In this document: piece by piece, positions 25,938-38,777 of the stretch
Layout of the letters: each line of letters opens with the position of its first letter
Position numbering within the stretch: the first letter of the stretch is position 1
DNA from: Octopus sinensis
Lineage: Eukaryota
NCBI RefSeq assembly: GCF_006345805.1
Contig: NC_043002.1
Span: forward strand, 26,350,001-26,414,000
Direction of reading: 5' to 3'
Length of the DNA stretch: 64,000 nt
The notes under the pieces: generated by a model
Seen by the model: only the letters and a program-made list of their open reading frames with translations
Database searches by the model: none
What the model was told of the DNA's origin: nothing
Translations under genes and position numbers: made by a program

Positions 25938-26609
25938 AAACTGATAGAAGCTCGTCTTATATCTTTGAAAACGGCTAATGTGTTTAAAAAACACCAACAA
26001 CAATATATTTTAAATATTTTCTATCTTTTGACCAAAGGCTGCAGCGTGTGTGTGAGTAACTTAATGTCACTCTGCCGATGAAGTCTAGCATGTACGCGTA
26101 TGAAAAAGTAGCCCAGGACCAGATATAAGTGCGATAGTCCAACTCATCTCTTACCTGATATTTAACGTTAGCACCAATTGCGTGAATAGGTGTGATTCGG
26201 ATTCAATTATTATGCAGTGAATTTGGATTAATTTAGTTCAAACAACTCAGCATTCACCGGTTGAGGGCGGGTGGGCGGCTAGTAGCAGCGATCATTACTG
26301 GGAAGCGAAACTAGTCTTGGTCGAGAAGGAAAAACTTGCCAAGTTATGTTTGGCAAGTATCCCTTATATACGTCAGTATTCCTTATAAACGTCAGAGTTC
26401 ATTAACATCGATATTATTCAATACCACTGAGTTCACACATATAAATACTACACATTTTCAACGGTAAAAATCTACAACAGTAAATAGGGAGCGTCTTAAT
26501 TCATCAATAATATCTACAATGCAACTGGAGACTGTCTATTCATTATTACGCCCATCAATCCCGCTGAACAGCTCTTGAATTCTATCACGCACAGACACAA
26601 AATTAGATA

Positions 26610-26822
26610 AGAACAATGGTGGTGATACCATATTTGCTGTTGCTAACTTTTTTGATCAACACGATAAAAGCTTCTTCACCAAAGGAACACAAACATTGCG
26701 ACTCCGATGGAAAACGTGTGTGGACCGCAAGGGTGAATATTTTGAAAAATAAATTTCACTTGCCCACATACCATGAGAGTATCTTGGTCAGCCCATGGAC
26801 TTTTTTAGCCGCCCACTCGCAT
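26610..26822 (+). mobile_element. Mariner 3' end fragment
   Basis: AVANFFDQHDKSFFTKGTQTLRLRWKTCVDRKGEYFEK* (typical mariner C-terminus), followed by a TIR-like GGACTTTTTTAGCCGCCCACTCG. Confidence 0.8.
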
Positions 26823-27297
26823 ACATACATACATACATACATACATACATACATACATACATACATACATACATACATACATGCATACATACATACATAT
26901 GTTATACGCGCGCGCGTGTGTGTATAAAGACATACATCAAAACTTATTTACATATGCCTTCTATAATTATGTGCTATTATATCTCGTTTTCCAGACGTGA
27001 TATTTAGCTGCACAATGAAAATCTGTAATGTGTATTTCAATATACCTAATTAACAGTCGTCTTGAATGGTTAATTAACCTAGGTGACGTTGGTAGGGACA
27101 GTGTAGGTGGTCGATTTCCAACATATGTTACAATCCTAAGGACCTTATTAAATTATTGCTAATTAAATGACACAACATCTGGACTAATGACTAGTATGGT
27201 GGATTATTTCTGTCCATAAACTAATAGCCGCAGATGCCTTGATGTACATTTGAATATATATATATATATATATATACACATACATAATTATATTCAA

Positions 27298-27376
<79 letters not shown>

Positions 27377-27899
27377 GATAACTAGATAGATAGATAAATA
27401 AATAGATATGATAATAGTTTAAACGTTTAATGAAGTATGTATTTCATGAATGTTCGGCCGTTAAACCACGAGAAACATACAATAGTGATTGATAAGGTGT
27501 GAATAAAGGGAAAGTTGTGTGAGTAAACTGAAAGTCATTGTATAAAACGAAAAGCCTTCCTCCTGTTTCGTTTCCTCTTTGTTCTACCTTCGATGCCTTG
27601 GCTGGTTCTTTTTCTCACTCACACTATGCTTCTGACTTGATGACAGAAATTAAGTCTAAAATGTTCTTACCTATTCTGTCTGTGCGCCTGTCTGTCTCTC
27701 TTTCTATGTCTCTGTCTATCTGTTTGTCTATCTGTCTCCCTTTCTCTATGTTTCTGTCTGCCTGTCTGTCTGTTTTCATTGACAGGCTAACCTAATACTT
27801 TCCAAACATTTTCTATTCTACGTTGTCCTTTCGAATGTTTGATATCTTTGCAGCACTATATATATTGTTGCTCAAGTAAAAGGCGTAGAAGAAAATTGT

Positions 27900-30800
27900 G
27901 TATTTGATATGCAAGAGTGTTATATGGACTTTGTATTGTAACACAAACTACTGCAGTTCAACAACTATCATCAGTTGTCCAAGGTGAAAATTATTTTATT
28001 AAAACACTTTACAGTATATGGAAATGAGGAAAGCTCAGTTTACATAATTAGCTGCTGTTTTCTGACGCTGTCATATAAATGAATTCAACAATGATGTCTG
28101 GTATGGTATATTACTTCATAGCATATGAAAAATCCCATAACAACAAGATCCTACCATGTGGTAACTTTAACATTACGTTCGTTTCCGATTTTGCTAATTG
28201 GTTTTGAGAGACATCGTGTTATTAGTAAGCAGTGTAGGCAATATGAAATGCAATGGACTGCTTCTGTACGCCTTCTGTAATGGACTTAAAGCTCCAGGAC
28301 CGAATAACCATAAGACACTTTAGATGTTTCTTCGGTCAAAGTACTGGTATTTAGCTTATTAAATAATCATTGTAGAATGAGATAAAATTAATGTTCTTTT
28401 CACACGTTCATTCCAGATCATTTGTTGGCTATCAGATCATTCATTGTTGCGCAGTAAATATATCTTTTAGAATTTCGGGGAAAATGACAACATCAAAATA
28501 TCAATGATCCGAGATAAATCATATGCAATTTTGTTGAAAGTAAATACTACAAACTATGTTGAAATATCTTGCGTGTGTCTCAAAGAAATAACAGACTCAG
28601 TTTCCTTTGAAAAATCTTGGATTGACCAGAATTAGCACCAAGATAGTAGGAACAGAACAAATTTGAAGTTAGATCTCTTTTAGATAAATTGTATATTGCA
28701 TAGAAGTATGGGATATATGAGAAAAATAATACCAATACTAAAAGGTTATTTTGAGTTAAATAGATCAATACAGTGTCTTTAAACACATGGGAGAAAAATC
28801 AACCTAGTCTGAAATTCAATCCGTAGCTGATTTGAAAGAATTAATTCGTTGCTGACTGGAAACATATTTAAGGCTCTTTGAAGGTCAGAAAATGGACCAC
28901 AAAAGTGTAGTTTATCTCCTTATGATTATACAAAAATATCTGAATAAAAAATTACATTTTATATGGACGGAAGAAGCACTTTGAAATGATTCTGAATATT
29001 AAGTTACAAGGGTTCTTTCATCAGTCCACAAATGCCACATATGGCTTAATTTGCATATAAAATTAATGTTAATGAAGTTCATATAGGTCAAAGCAACTGT
29101 TGCCCGAAAATTCTGGTCAAGATGATTTATCACCTAAAGTTTAAAAATATAGTAGCAAGAAACTGAATTTGTAACTCAACATTTTTCGGTAATATGATCA
29201 ACGCACCGGTAACATCTTGTTTTGTTTTATAATACAGCGAATGAGTATTCATATAGTAGAAAATATTTCTGTATTGTTTTTGATCTGTAGGAAGACAATC
29301 GATATATGATATAATCTTTGAGACAGATTGCACAAAATGTACTAGAAGAAATCAGATACTGAGAATTGTTTTTGCTGATATTCGATATGTAAACCAAGTG
29401 ATCTTATAGAACGAACTAAAGAAAACTTTAGTATCTCATAACATATTAAATGCTGTACTATACTCTCATGCGGGTTGGGAAGTTGTAGGTATCTCAGATG
29501 GGAGAACCCTATAAATCTTTCAGCAACGGTAATGGTAATAAACAGGTCTATGTCTTGGACAATGTTATACCTGATTTTTAAGGATTTCATGAGGGGCGTG
29601 TATGTGTATTTGATACTAGTGGGGGCTTGTTTAATCACTAGTGAGAGATGCAAAGCGAAAACAATGAATAAAGAATTTTTGACATACTATTTGATGATGT
29701 GTACTAGCAATAACATCTTTTGAATAAATTCATGTGATCGCTGAGCGTGTTTACATGCTGCTAAAATATTTGGATTAATCACAAGCTTGCACACAACAGA
29801 ATTAGTTCACCAGCCTACGATGAGTCTTAAGTAAGGAAAAAGGCTAAAACTCAGCACACCTTCCATTATATTCCCAACAAATCCTATAAATGTTGCTAAG
29901 CATTATTTAAGATATATTTAATGTCTCCCTCTTTAAGTAGTAGAGGTAATGGTTCCTTGAATGATAAGAACAAAAATAGCTCCATCGTGCCTGAATCGAA
30001 AGAATCTGAACCCTAGACTATTTGTATGATCCACTTGAAATATCATCCCTTCTACATTACTTTGTAGATCTTCTTGCAGTTTTCTCATACACTGTAATAT
30101 TGTCCAATTTACTATTTGCAGAATGCATAAGAAGACCAGGTATCAGATACACGAGGTTGGATAGAGTTTGTGATATTGATCTTTCCAATAAATGTAACAT
30201 TTTAGGTGTTGATGATTTCCTTATGAAGACTCAATTTAAAAGAATTGGTTGTGTAATTAGGAGTATGTAACGGCCTCTTATGTAGTAAAATTATTTTGGT
30301 TTACAAAATGTTGAGAAACATAACTTAAGATACAAGTATAAACAGGAATCAAGTTCTTCTCATGCGAATAAGCGCAGAGCAGCCTTCAAATCGAAGGAGC
30401 AAGATTTTAAATAATGGTTATATAATGGGTGGGTAAGTTACGAAAAAAGCATATGAAATAAGTATGTAACGGCCTCTTATGTAGTAAAATTATTTTGGTT
30501 TACAAAATGTTGAGAAACATAACTTAAGATACAAGTATAAACAGGAATCAAGTTCTTCTCATGCGAATAAGCGCAGAGCAGCCTTCAAATCGAAGGAGCA
30601 AGATTTTAAATAATGGTTATATAATGGGTGGGTAAGTTACGATAAAAGCATATGAAATAAGTATGTAACGGCCTCTTATGTAGTAAAATTATTTTGGTTT
30701 ACAAAATGCTGAGAAACATAACTTAAGATACAAGTATAAACAGGAATCAAGTTCTTCTCATGCGAATAAGCGCAGAGCAGCCTTCAAATCGAAGGAGCAA

Positions 30801-30920
30801 GATTTTAAATAATGGTTATATAATGGGTGGGTAAGTTACGAAAAAAGCATATGAAATAAGAAACGAAGCAATATAAAATAAGCGTGAACCGGAATCCACG
30901 TATTAGTAATGAAGAGAATG
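27900..30920 (-). pseudogene. Decayed intronless LRR-receptor-like (possibly Toll-like) pseudogene (tentative)
   Basis: ~3 kb with no microsatellites. Minus-strand LRR-like fragments: TLSNLVYLI, MKSLKIRYNIVQDI, FIGFSHLRYLQLPN, LTYMNFININFICKLSHMWHLW (LRR-CT-like), FKDTVLIYLTQNNL, KRTLILSHS; hydrophobic FRFTLILYCFVSYFICFF near 30870-30850. Many stops and frameshifts; no TIR motif recognised. Confidence 0.38.
30262..30858. repeat. Three near-identical head-to-tail 199-bp copies
   Basis: AGTATGTAACGGCC starts at 30262, 30461 and 30660; I saw only ~2 substitutions among the copies. Confidence 0.95.
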
Positions 30921-32231
30921 TTCTAGGAAAAAACGCATGAATTTCTCGGATTTACGTAATTGTTAGATTGTTTACCTTCTCGTAACGTAGCAGTTCGATA
31001 CATAGGTCCAATAGAATAAATATCCATGTGAGAAATGAGTAGAGGCGTTGATTTATTAGAGTAAACTCTTAATGGTGGTGACCCACCATGGCCGTAGCCA
31101 ATGACTAGATCAAATAACAGATACGCGCGCGCGCACACACATACGTGATCATCATATACATGTGTATGGTGGGGGGGGGGGGAGGGGTGCGTGCGTGAAT
31201 GTGTTTGTGTTTGTACTTGCGTGTTTGCTAAGGATTTGCATTCATATTTATGTGTCATTCAGAGAGTCTAAGTTTTTCAAATTTAAATTGAGCGAGTGCG
31301 ATAATATGATGGGCTTTCCAGTTATTTTCGATGTATGGATGTGTCTATATATGCCTGCGTCTTCTATCAGTTCTTAATTCTTGAGCGGAACAAGTGCGAT
31401 GTAAGTGTGTTACAAGACTGGATTATTTATTACGGGTACTGGTCATTTGACAGTCTTCTGTACAATTCCTGCCTTCCACGCACAAGTCATATGGCTACAA
31501 ATGGCTACTGTAAAGAGATGAAATGATGTCACTTGATGGAGTCGAACCCAGGAGCACATAACATGGCTGTGAAGCAAACTTCTTACTCATTCAATCACGA
31601 CTATGTGTGTGTGTGTTTGCGTGTGCATACGGGTATATATATATACATACATACAAACATACATACATACATACAGTAATACCTCACTTTAAGAGGACCC
31701 GCATTACGGGACCCAGGGTTCACGAGCTTTATTTCTCCAGCACAAGATCTAGACTTTGAATGAAATGCAACAGCTTCTACTACCATAACAAATGCTTTTG
31801 CGTGTTACCGATAAATTTATTGAGCAAAAAAATGCTTCTTCTAAGCACGCAACCCTTGACTTGTTTTATAAAAAGAAAGCTACAGGTCCGTCCTCGAGTG
31901 TTTGTCAATTGGTGGTCGTGTCTACAAGTAATAGTGCGCATGAGTTTAATGCGAGTGAAAGTAATTCAGAAATCGATTATAATAATAATATATTTTTTTT
32001 ATTATCAATGATCTTGGCAATCTTTTTTACTTTACATAAACTATTCTTTACATTGTACTGTTCCTTTATTGCCATTTATTTATGAGTATTATATAAGTAA
32101 AATACTTTTTCTGGGAACGAATTAAAATTTACAGCATTACTACTATGTGAAACTATCGCTCTGTTTTACGACTTTTTGCTTTACGAGTGGCCTCTGTGAA
32201 CAAATTAAGCCGTATATCATTACTCTACATG

Positions 32232-32263
<32 letters not shown>

Positions 32264-32429
32264 CATACATACATACATACATCATTTAAATTTGTCCTCA
32301 TTTTCTTTGTTGTTTACACAACTTTTCCGCTGATGTACCCTCCCGCATTCATCAGGTGTCTTGGGGAAATTTCGAACATGGGTTCTCATTCCCAAGGTAT
32401 TTTCGATGTTTATCATCATCATTATTATT

Positions 32430-32949
32430 GAGTGAGATGCAGTGCATGCCATCGAAGTGACACTGGGTCAAAATATACGAAGCCCAGTATACCCACCATG
32501 ACTAAATATCTGATAATGGTACACCAGGCACATGCATCATAATCATTTGTGCACGACATGGTGATCTCATATCAAGATAAACAGCGCATTCCTTGCAGGT
32601 GGGGCCCAGTTAGAATTTCCTTCTGGTCGAGTAACCCACCCCACTCAAAAGGACCCTGAATAAGGTTTGTTTAAGGATGTATCCAAAACTCTAAGAATTC
32701 CTTTAAACACACGGCTATGATGCTCCCCCACTACTTCTGCTTGTGATCAGAGATGCACATATCGTCAGCCACTAAGGGACGTGGTCAACTGGTTAAGGTC
32801 AAACAACTGACAAGCAAATCTATGGTAATGAGCAGAATATTTGCTGTAGCCCACCTTTTATACCAAGACAAAACAATGTACATGATAGCACTTCCAATCA
32901 GTTAAGACCAGGAGCCATGTGAACCACTGTCTGATACTGCATCAGAGCA

Positions 32950-32998
<49 letters not shown>

Positions 32999-33066
32999 TC
33001 ACTGTTTTGAATCGAACTAGGAATCTTAGGGTTAGTAGCTCGCGCTCTTAACCACTATGCCATATA
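32430..33066 (-). mobile_element. Long tRNA-headed interspersed repeat with internal (TTA)n
   Basis: rc head GGTATATGGCATAGTGGTTAAGAGCGCG…AGTTCGATTC (A/B boxes) at 32995-33066, (ATT)n at ~32952-32994, then a GC-richer body. Confidence 0.55.
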
Positions 33067-33074
33067 CCCCTATT

Positions 33075-33543
33075 CAGACCGCTATGGGAAGATTGCAGTT
33101 AATTCCTGGCTGGAGAATGTTGCTGCTGGAAGGCCATATGCGTAGCAGGAGAGTAACAAGTGCTTGTCATAGCATTTCTACGACGTCATCAGCTCCAATT
33201 TTTGGTCTATTATTTCCCACGATTTTAATGCTATAGATTACAATGTACAAGATGCAAAACTACACTAACCACTCTGTCTGTAACATCAAAGCCGAGCTGG
33301 CGCCAATGATCAAAGAGGTGTTCGAAGATTTTCTAACAGACACAGTGAGGAATTTATGTGTCAAGTTCTGGAGACATCTTGAGAGTCGGCGTGGAAGTTA
33401 TATGCGGCAACTTTGAGTAAACTTTTAACTCTTAGCCATAATATAGTTCATATTGTTTTTAAATGCTTTTAATTTTGGAAGGAATATTATTCCTTTTTAA
33501 TTTCCATTTATGCAAACTGTCAAACGTAGCCCGACCACACTTT
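33075..33543 (+). mobile_element. maT-type transposon 3' fragment (same family as 6792-7646)
   Basis: WLENVAAGRPYA*QE, MIKEVFED…VRNLCVKFWRHLES; ends TATGCAAACTGTCAAACGTAGCCCGACCACAC, similar to the rc of the 6792 terminus. Confidence 0.75.
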
Positions 33544-33718
33544 ATAGACACACACACACACACACACATACACACACACACACATACATACACACACATA
33601 CACACACACACAAAACAATAGACGTGTTTATGTTGGTAGGTATGTACTTATGTATGCATATATGTAAGTTTGTATGTATGTATGCATGTATGTATGTATT
33701 CATGTATGTCTGTCTATC

Positions 33719-33790
<72 letters not shown>

Positions 33791-34455
33791 GATCGATCTA
33801 TCGATCTATCTATCTACCTTTCCATATATCTAACTATCTCTCCATCAATCTTTCAAGATATTTGTGTGTGTGCTGGAGTGTTTGTGCTGATATGTATCTG
33901 TGTTGAATTACCTGGACATATAGTCTTTCTCTAGCTTTCATAGTCATTCAAAGAGCTCTCATTTTGAAATATTGACTGGTTCAGATTGAATATGTGACTG
34001 GGAATTTCAAACGAATTCGTTCTGAGGAACATTAACTAAATGAAGGCGTTAGATCAAGACCTCGGTGATATATTATGTAAAATTGCAGCTGATGGATAAA
34101 CGATCGGCTAGAGAGTGTATGAGTGAGTGTGGGAAACAAAAGACTAGACATTTCCGAGTGGGGTCTATGCAATTCTACGACTGGTTGGAAGGATAGTATT
34201 CGGAGGCATAAATTATATGACCTTACCCTATTTTACTTAATGCGGTCTAGAATATTCATATGCAATAGCAGAAGAGATATGTTGGAGTAATATTTTGGTA
34301 TGGGTCATACCTTTGTTCTTGGAGGTTTGTAGTAGTTATTGAAACCTGAAATATTTGGGTAGCTCTTGCATGGTAAATGTAATTCTTGTTATTTAGTGCT
34401 CGCAATGTCGAGGATATGTGTTCAAGAGAGATTCATGCGTGCATGCACACTGTCA

Positions 34456-34519
<64 letters not shown>

Positions 34520-34617
34520 TGTGTGTGTGTGTGTATGCATATATGTATATATATATATGTATATACATTTATATATGTATATATATGTATATATATATAT
34601 ATACATACATACATATA

Positions 34618-34667
<50 letters not shown>

Positions 34668-34670
<3 letters not shown>

Positions 34671-35800
34671 TACCCTCCTCACAGGTACCCATCATCGACC
34701 CCATCATATCACTGACTCCTTCACTTGCACTTCTTACAACGTCATCTGCTGCATCACCTGCTCTCTCTGTCCTTCTCTATACATCGGTCAAACGGGACGC
34801 AGATTGGCTGACCCGTTCGCAGAACACCCCCGAGACGTCACACTCAGCAACGACACTCCGGTCTCGCGCCATTCCCGCTTTACTAGTCTCTCTTTAGAAC
34901 ACGTGTCTGTTTTCGAATTGTACTTGCACAGGGGACATCTAGACTCCCGTCTTCGCCGTGAGCTGGGATTAAACTTCTCGCTTCTCTCCTTTGCGCCACA
35001 TGGACTCAACTCTCATCCCCTCTTTATTTAACCTTCCCCTTCTGTCCTCTCTTCCTCTCACACCTACTTCTTCCCATCTACCTCTCCTCTCTTGCTCTGA
35101 CACCTACTTTCTCTCTTCACTCCTACCCACTCACTCCTTTCCACCCTCTACTTTCATTGATACCCCATTCCTCGTTACCCCACCCCTATTCTTCCAACAA
35201 CACCATCCCTATACATCCCATCTGACCCCACCCTATCCCTTAGACCCCGTCCTTGCTTCTTCCACACCCGAAGACCACCACATCAAATCACACACCACTG
35301 CACCAAACCATACCACCACACATCACCATACCACTCCACGTCACATCACACCATTCCTCGCCCACTAGCACAGACCCCTTCCCAGCACCAACACCAGCGC
35401 CCACACTAGCACTGACCTCTTCCCAGCACCTACACCATCATCTACACATTTACACATGCATACAAGCACACGTCAACGTCACCAGAATCCTTCCACACGC
35501 ACATACAAGCTCTCACATACACACGATCGCACACATTCCTTTTGGGATCACCACTACTTTATTATCTCTCGTTCCTCCTGGCTCTCCTGCGTTGGCTCTC
35601 TGTCCGGCATTCGCCATGATAGATCACTAGCCACTAAACCTTTTCTGTTTTCTCTCCCTGATTATTTCTTTGTTCCTCTCAGTCGAAGAGCTTAGGCTCG
35701 AAACGTAAAATACTTTCTCACTTCCCGAGCGTTAGGCTAATACATCTGTTTGTTGTTTACACACCCATTTTTATCTTTTGTATTTTTGCAATTTCTCACT
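34668..35800 (+). mobile_element. 5'-truncated Penelope-like retroelement: GIY-YIG endonuclease + C-rich 3' region + terminal repeat
   Basis: 34670-35031 encodes [36 protein letters not shown]…[12 protein letters not shown]…PHGLN (CCCC plus GIY-YIG-like motifs typical of PLEs). Then C/T-rich 35032-35620 and pLTR family 1 with CAGTCGAA-GAGC-TTAG-GCTC-GAAACGTA (35680-35707). Confidence 0.9.
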
Positions 35801-36508
35801 AGGCGCGGGAGTGGCTGTGTGGTGAGAAGCTTGCCTCCCATGAGTTTTTAAGACTTCCCATGAGTCTTTGTTGTCAGTATGCGCATGCGCCATTCTGTTG
35901 TGCACTGAAGAAGATAGCCGGCTGTGTTTAGCCTGCCAAAAGAAGCTGCTGCAAAGGAAGGCTTTTCCCTTGGACCCGGTGAGGGTCGTTGTCTGTGCGT
36001 ATATATTTTACAAACAGGGAATCCTCACTGAATTCAGGATATTAGTCTACTAGAGGTTCACCAATATGGCCCATAGTAAATGAAGATTTTTTTCTCATTG
36101 TCTGGTGAGCGTATCCTTCAAATACTTTGTTTTTACAACAGCAACATTTACCATTATTGGAAAACTGTATTTCAAGTGTTCACATGAAGTGAAAATTTTA
36201 TGTGAGAAACATAGTTTGGTGACTATCCTGCCACCGAAAGTCGTTCGCCGTTTTTAAATAGTGTGTATTTTACGACGACATTGGAAAGCTGTATTACAGT
36301 GGAGCAGTCCAGGTTCGAATTGGAGTGCCATAAGGGCGTGGAGTACATGAATGCCGAGAAGATTTTTTGCTTTGTTTTCATTTTTTGAGCCATTGTTTTC
36401 TTCTTCTATTGTGACTTTTTATTTAACTGTTTGCTTTTTATTTATTTCTTCTTCCCTTTTGTTTTCTTTTGAATTCTCTCCTTCCTGTTTTGTGACCTAT
36501 TGTTTTGG

Positions 36509-37200
36509 ACATGGCAAAAAAAATACGGATAAGATTGTTGTGTGGGAGATTGTCCCACCGAAGCAGTGGTTAAAAGATATGGAGGAGAGGTCGATGGTGG
36601 TTAGAACTTATTCTAAAGTTTTTGATTCCATCACCGCTTTCCCAAAACCAGTTATAGAAAATTAACTGAAGACTATTTGTCCTCTGTGAAATACATATCC
36701 CGCTGTGTCAAACATGCAATCGTATAGTAGCTGTTTAATAACCGGGAAAAGGTCGCAGTTTTGCAAGTCGTCCCTTGGAGGGTAACGAAATTCTGTTCCA
36801 ACCGTCAAACTGCGGGAGGAAACTAATAAGAGCCTGGGTATGTGGGTTACCCCCAGGCACAGGAGCGGGTTGGATTGAAGATACCATCCAACGGGGACTG
36901 GGGGATAGCGGACCCAGGCTCTAAAATATAAGGGTATTGCTAGCGGTCGATTGGGAAGATCAAAAGCGATTTTTATCCGGTGGACCCCATCGAACGGGTG
37001 TTTAGCAGCACCATCTCAGCCGAAGATTTATTCTGTGCCGAGGTAGAGAAATAACTCTGAAGCACTACAGTCCACAGATACTGCTTTGTGTTGGGTGGGG
37101 GTGCTAACTTTCTCTGTCAACAATATAAGAACACAAATCATGTGCCGTATAGCCAGCTGGAGACGATGTCTCCTGGGGTTAAACAACAGTAGCATTCATC
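36509..37200 (+). mobile_element. L1/Tx1-clade LINE ORF1 remnant
   Basis: Frameshifted peptides KNTDKIVVWEIVPPKQWLKDMEERSMVVRTYSK and RKLIRAWVCGLPPG…WIEDTIQRGLG…ILCRGREITLKHY…C resemble an RRM-type ORF1 ending in a Cys knuckle region. Confidence 0.5.
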
Positions 37201-37293
37201 CGAAAATGGGACTGCCATGTTAGGTTCGTAGCACAATCGTTACTTTAAAATGTTGTTACTGAATATCTCTCGTTGAGAGATTTAGGAATATCC

Positions 37294-37430
<137 letters not shown>

Positions 37431-37454
37431 TATGTATATATATATTTATGCGAA

Positions 37455-37785
37455 GGCGCGTGACTTACTGCTTAGGGCATCAGGTTCACGATCGTAAGGT
37501 CGTGAGTTCAATTCCCGGCGACACGTTGTGTCCTTGAGCAAAACACATTATTTGATGTTGCTTCAGTCCCCTCAGCTGGCAAAAATGAGTAGTACATGTA
37601 TCTCAAAAGGCCAGCCTTGTCACACTCTGTGTCACGTCGAGTCTCCCGGAGAAATACGTTAAGGGTACATGTGTCTGTGGACTGCTCAGCCACTTGCACG
37701 TAAATTTCACGAGCAAGCTCTTCTGTTGATCGTATCAGCTGAGACCCTCGTTGTTGTCGTCGTCGTCGTAACCGACTGAGTGCTC
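37455..37785 (+). mobile_element. tRNA-derived SINE family S4
   Basis: Head with GAGTTCAATTCCC B box; central GTGTCCTTGAGCAAAACAC…CAGCTGGCAAAAATGAGTA (CORE/V-like central domain by recall); tail shared with 56358-56470. Confidence 0.8.
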
Positions 37786-37849
37786 CTTTAAGATATATAT
37801 ATATACCTACATACACACACACACACGCACATATATATATATATATATA

Positions 37850-38003
37850 CGTCGAGCTTCTTTCAGTTTCCGTCTACAAGTTCCACTGAGAAGGCTTTGG
37901 TCGGCTCGAGGCTATAGTAGAAGACACCTCTCCAAGGTGCCACGCATTGGGGGCAGGACCCGGAACCATGCGGTTGGGAAGCAACTTTCTTACTACACAG
38001 CCA
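37850..38003 (-). mobile_element. SINE family S1 head/body
   Basis: rc of GGCTGTGTGGTAAG…GGTTCC…CCTTGG…CTATAGCCTCG…GACGGAAACTGAAAGAAGC. Confidence 0.8.
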
Positions 38004-38275
38004 TACACATATGCTATTTTGTTCTTTGTCATTCGACTGCTGTGATGTTTTAGTACCACCCTGAAGGGTCTAATTTAGTCGAATGAATCGACCTCGTTAC
38101 ACATTTGTTAAGGCTCGTACTTAATCTATCGGTGTCTTTTGTCTAACTGCTAATTGCAGGGCGTAAGCATACCAACAACAGTTGTCAAGCAGTGATGGGA
38201 CGATAAAAACAGACAGAAAGACACATAGACATAGATATTTACATATGTATATATACACATAGATATATACAAATA

Positions 38276-38757
38276 CAGGTTGTCTCGGAAAGAATAACTC
38301 ATTGATATTTCTTAATTATTCAAAATAAAATTAAGGTAGGATAATGAAACTTTGCACACAGTTTCTATTGTAAATTGTCAATTCATTTCAGTAATAACAT
38401 TTCAAAATAACTACATTTCGCATTGGTCATAGCCTGCAAGCATGTTTTTTGCAGACGATGAATTGCATGAACGCCGTATCACCTCTTCATCCAACTTGAT
38501 CCACGAAGCAGAAGGACTTTCTTCAGTTTTGACACATTTGAATTGGAGCGAGCAGAAACATTACTTTCTGAGATGGACTGGATAGCAAAGTCCATGGAAT
38601 TGATGTCTGGACTTGAAGAAGGCTATATTGTTTTGTTCCACCTCTATGTCAAATTGGATTATGGGCCGGAGCCCCGTCTTGAGTAAGGATGTAACGGTCA
38701 CCAAAGTTTTCTCGGACTCAAGGTATCACTTTCTCATAGCAACATTTCCACATAAAC
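38276..38757 (-). mobile_element. maT-type transposon 3' half
   Basis: TA-CAGGTTGTCTCGGAAA terminus. Minus-strand EKVIP*VRENFGDRYILTQDGAPAH, SSPDINSMDFAI, KLDEEVIRRSC. Confidence 0.82.
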
Positions 38758-38777
38758 ATCTATCTATCTATCTATCT

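Noticed and set aside
26268-26282. Possible left TIR (CGGGTGGGCGGCTAG) matching the mariner end at 26805-26819
   Set aside because: No TA flanks, and the intervening sequence is not mariner-like; may be chance.
27854-27983. Plus-strand exon candidate (TTTGCAG|…AAG|GTGAAA)
   Set aside because: Stop codons in all three frames.
29130-29333. VTGALIILP resemblance to a BLUF-like/TEX47 motif; HAGW resemblance to DUF927 on the plus strand at ~29470
   Set aside because: Only a few residues match, with no extended similarity.
30262-30858. CRISPR-like periodicity
   Set aside because: Units are contiguous 199-bp copies without unique spacers, in a eukaryotic context with no cas genes.
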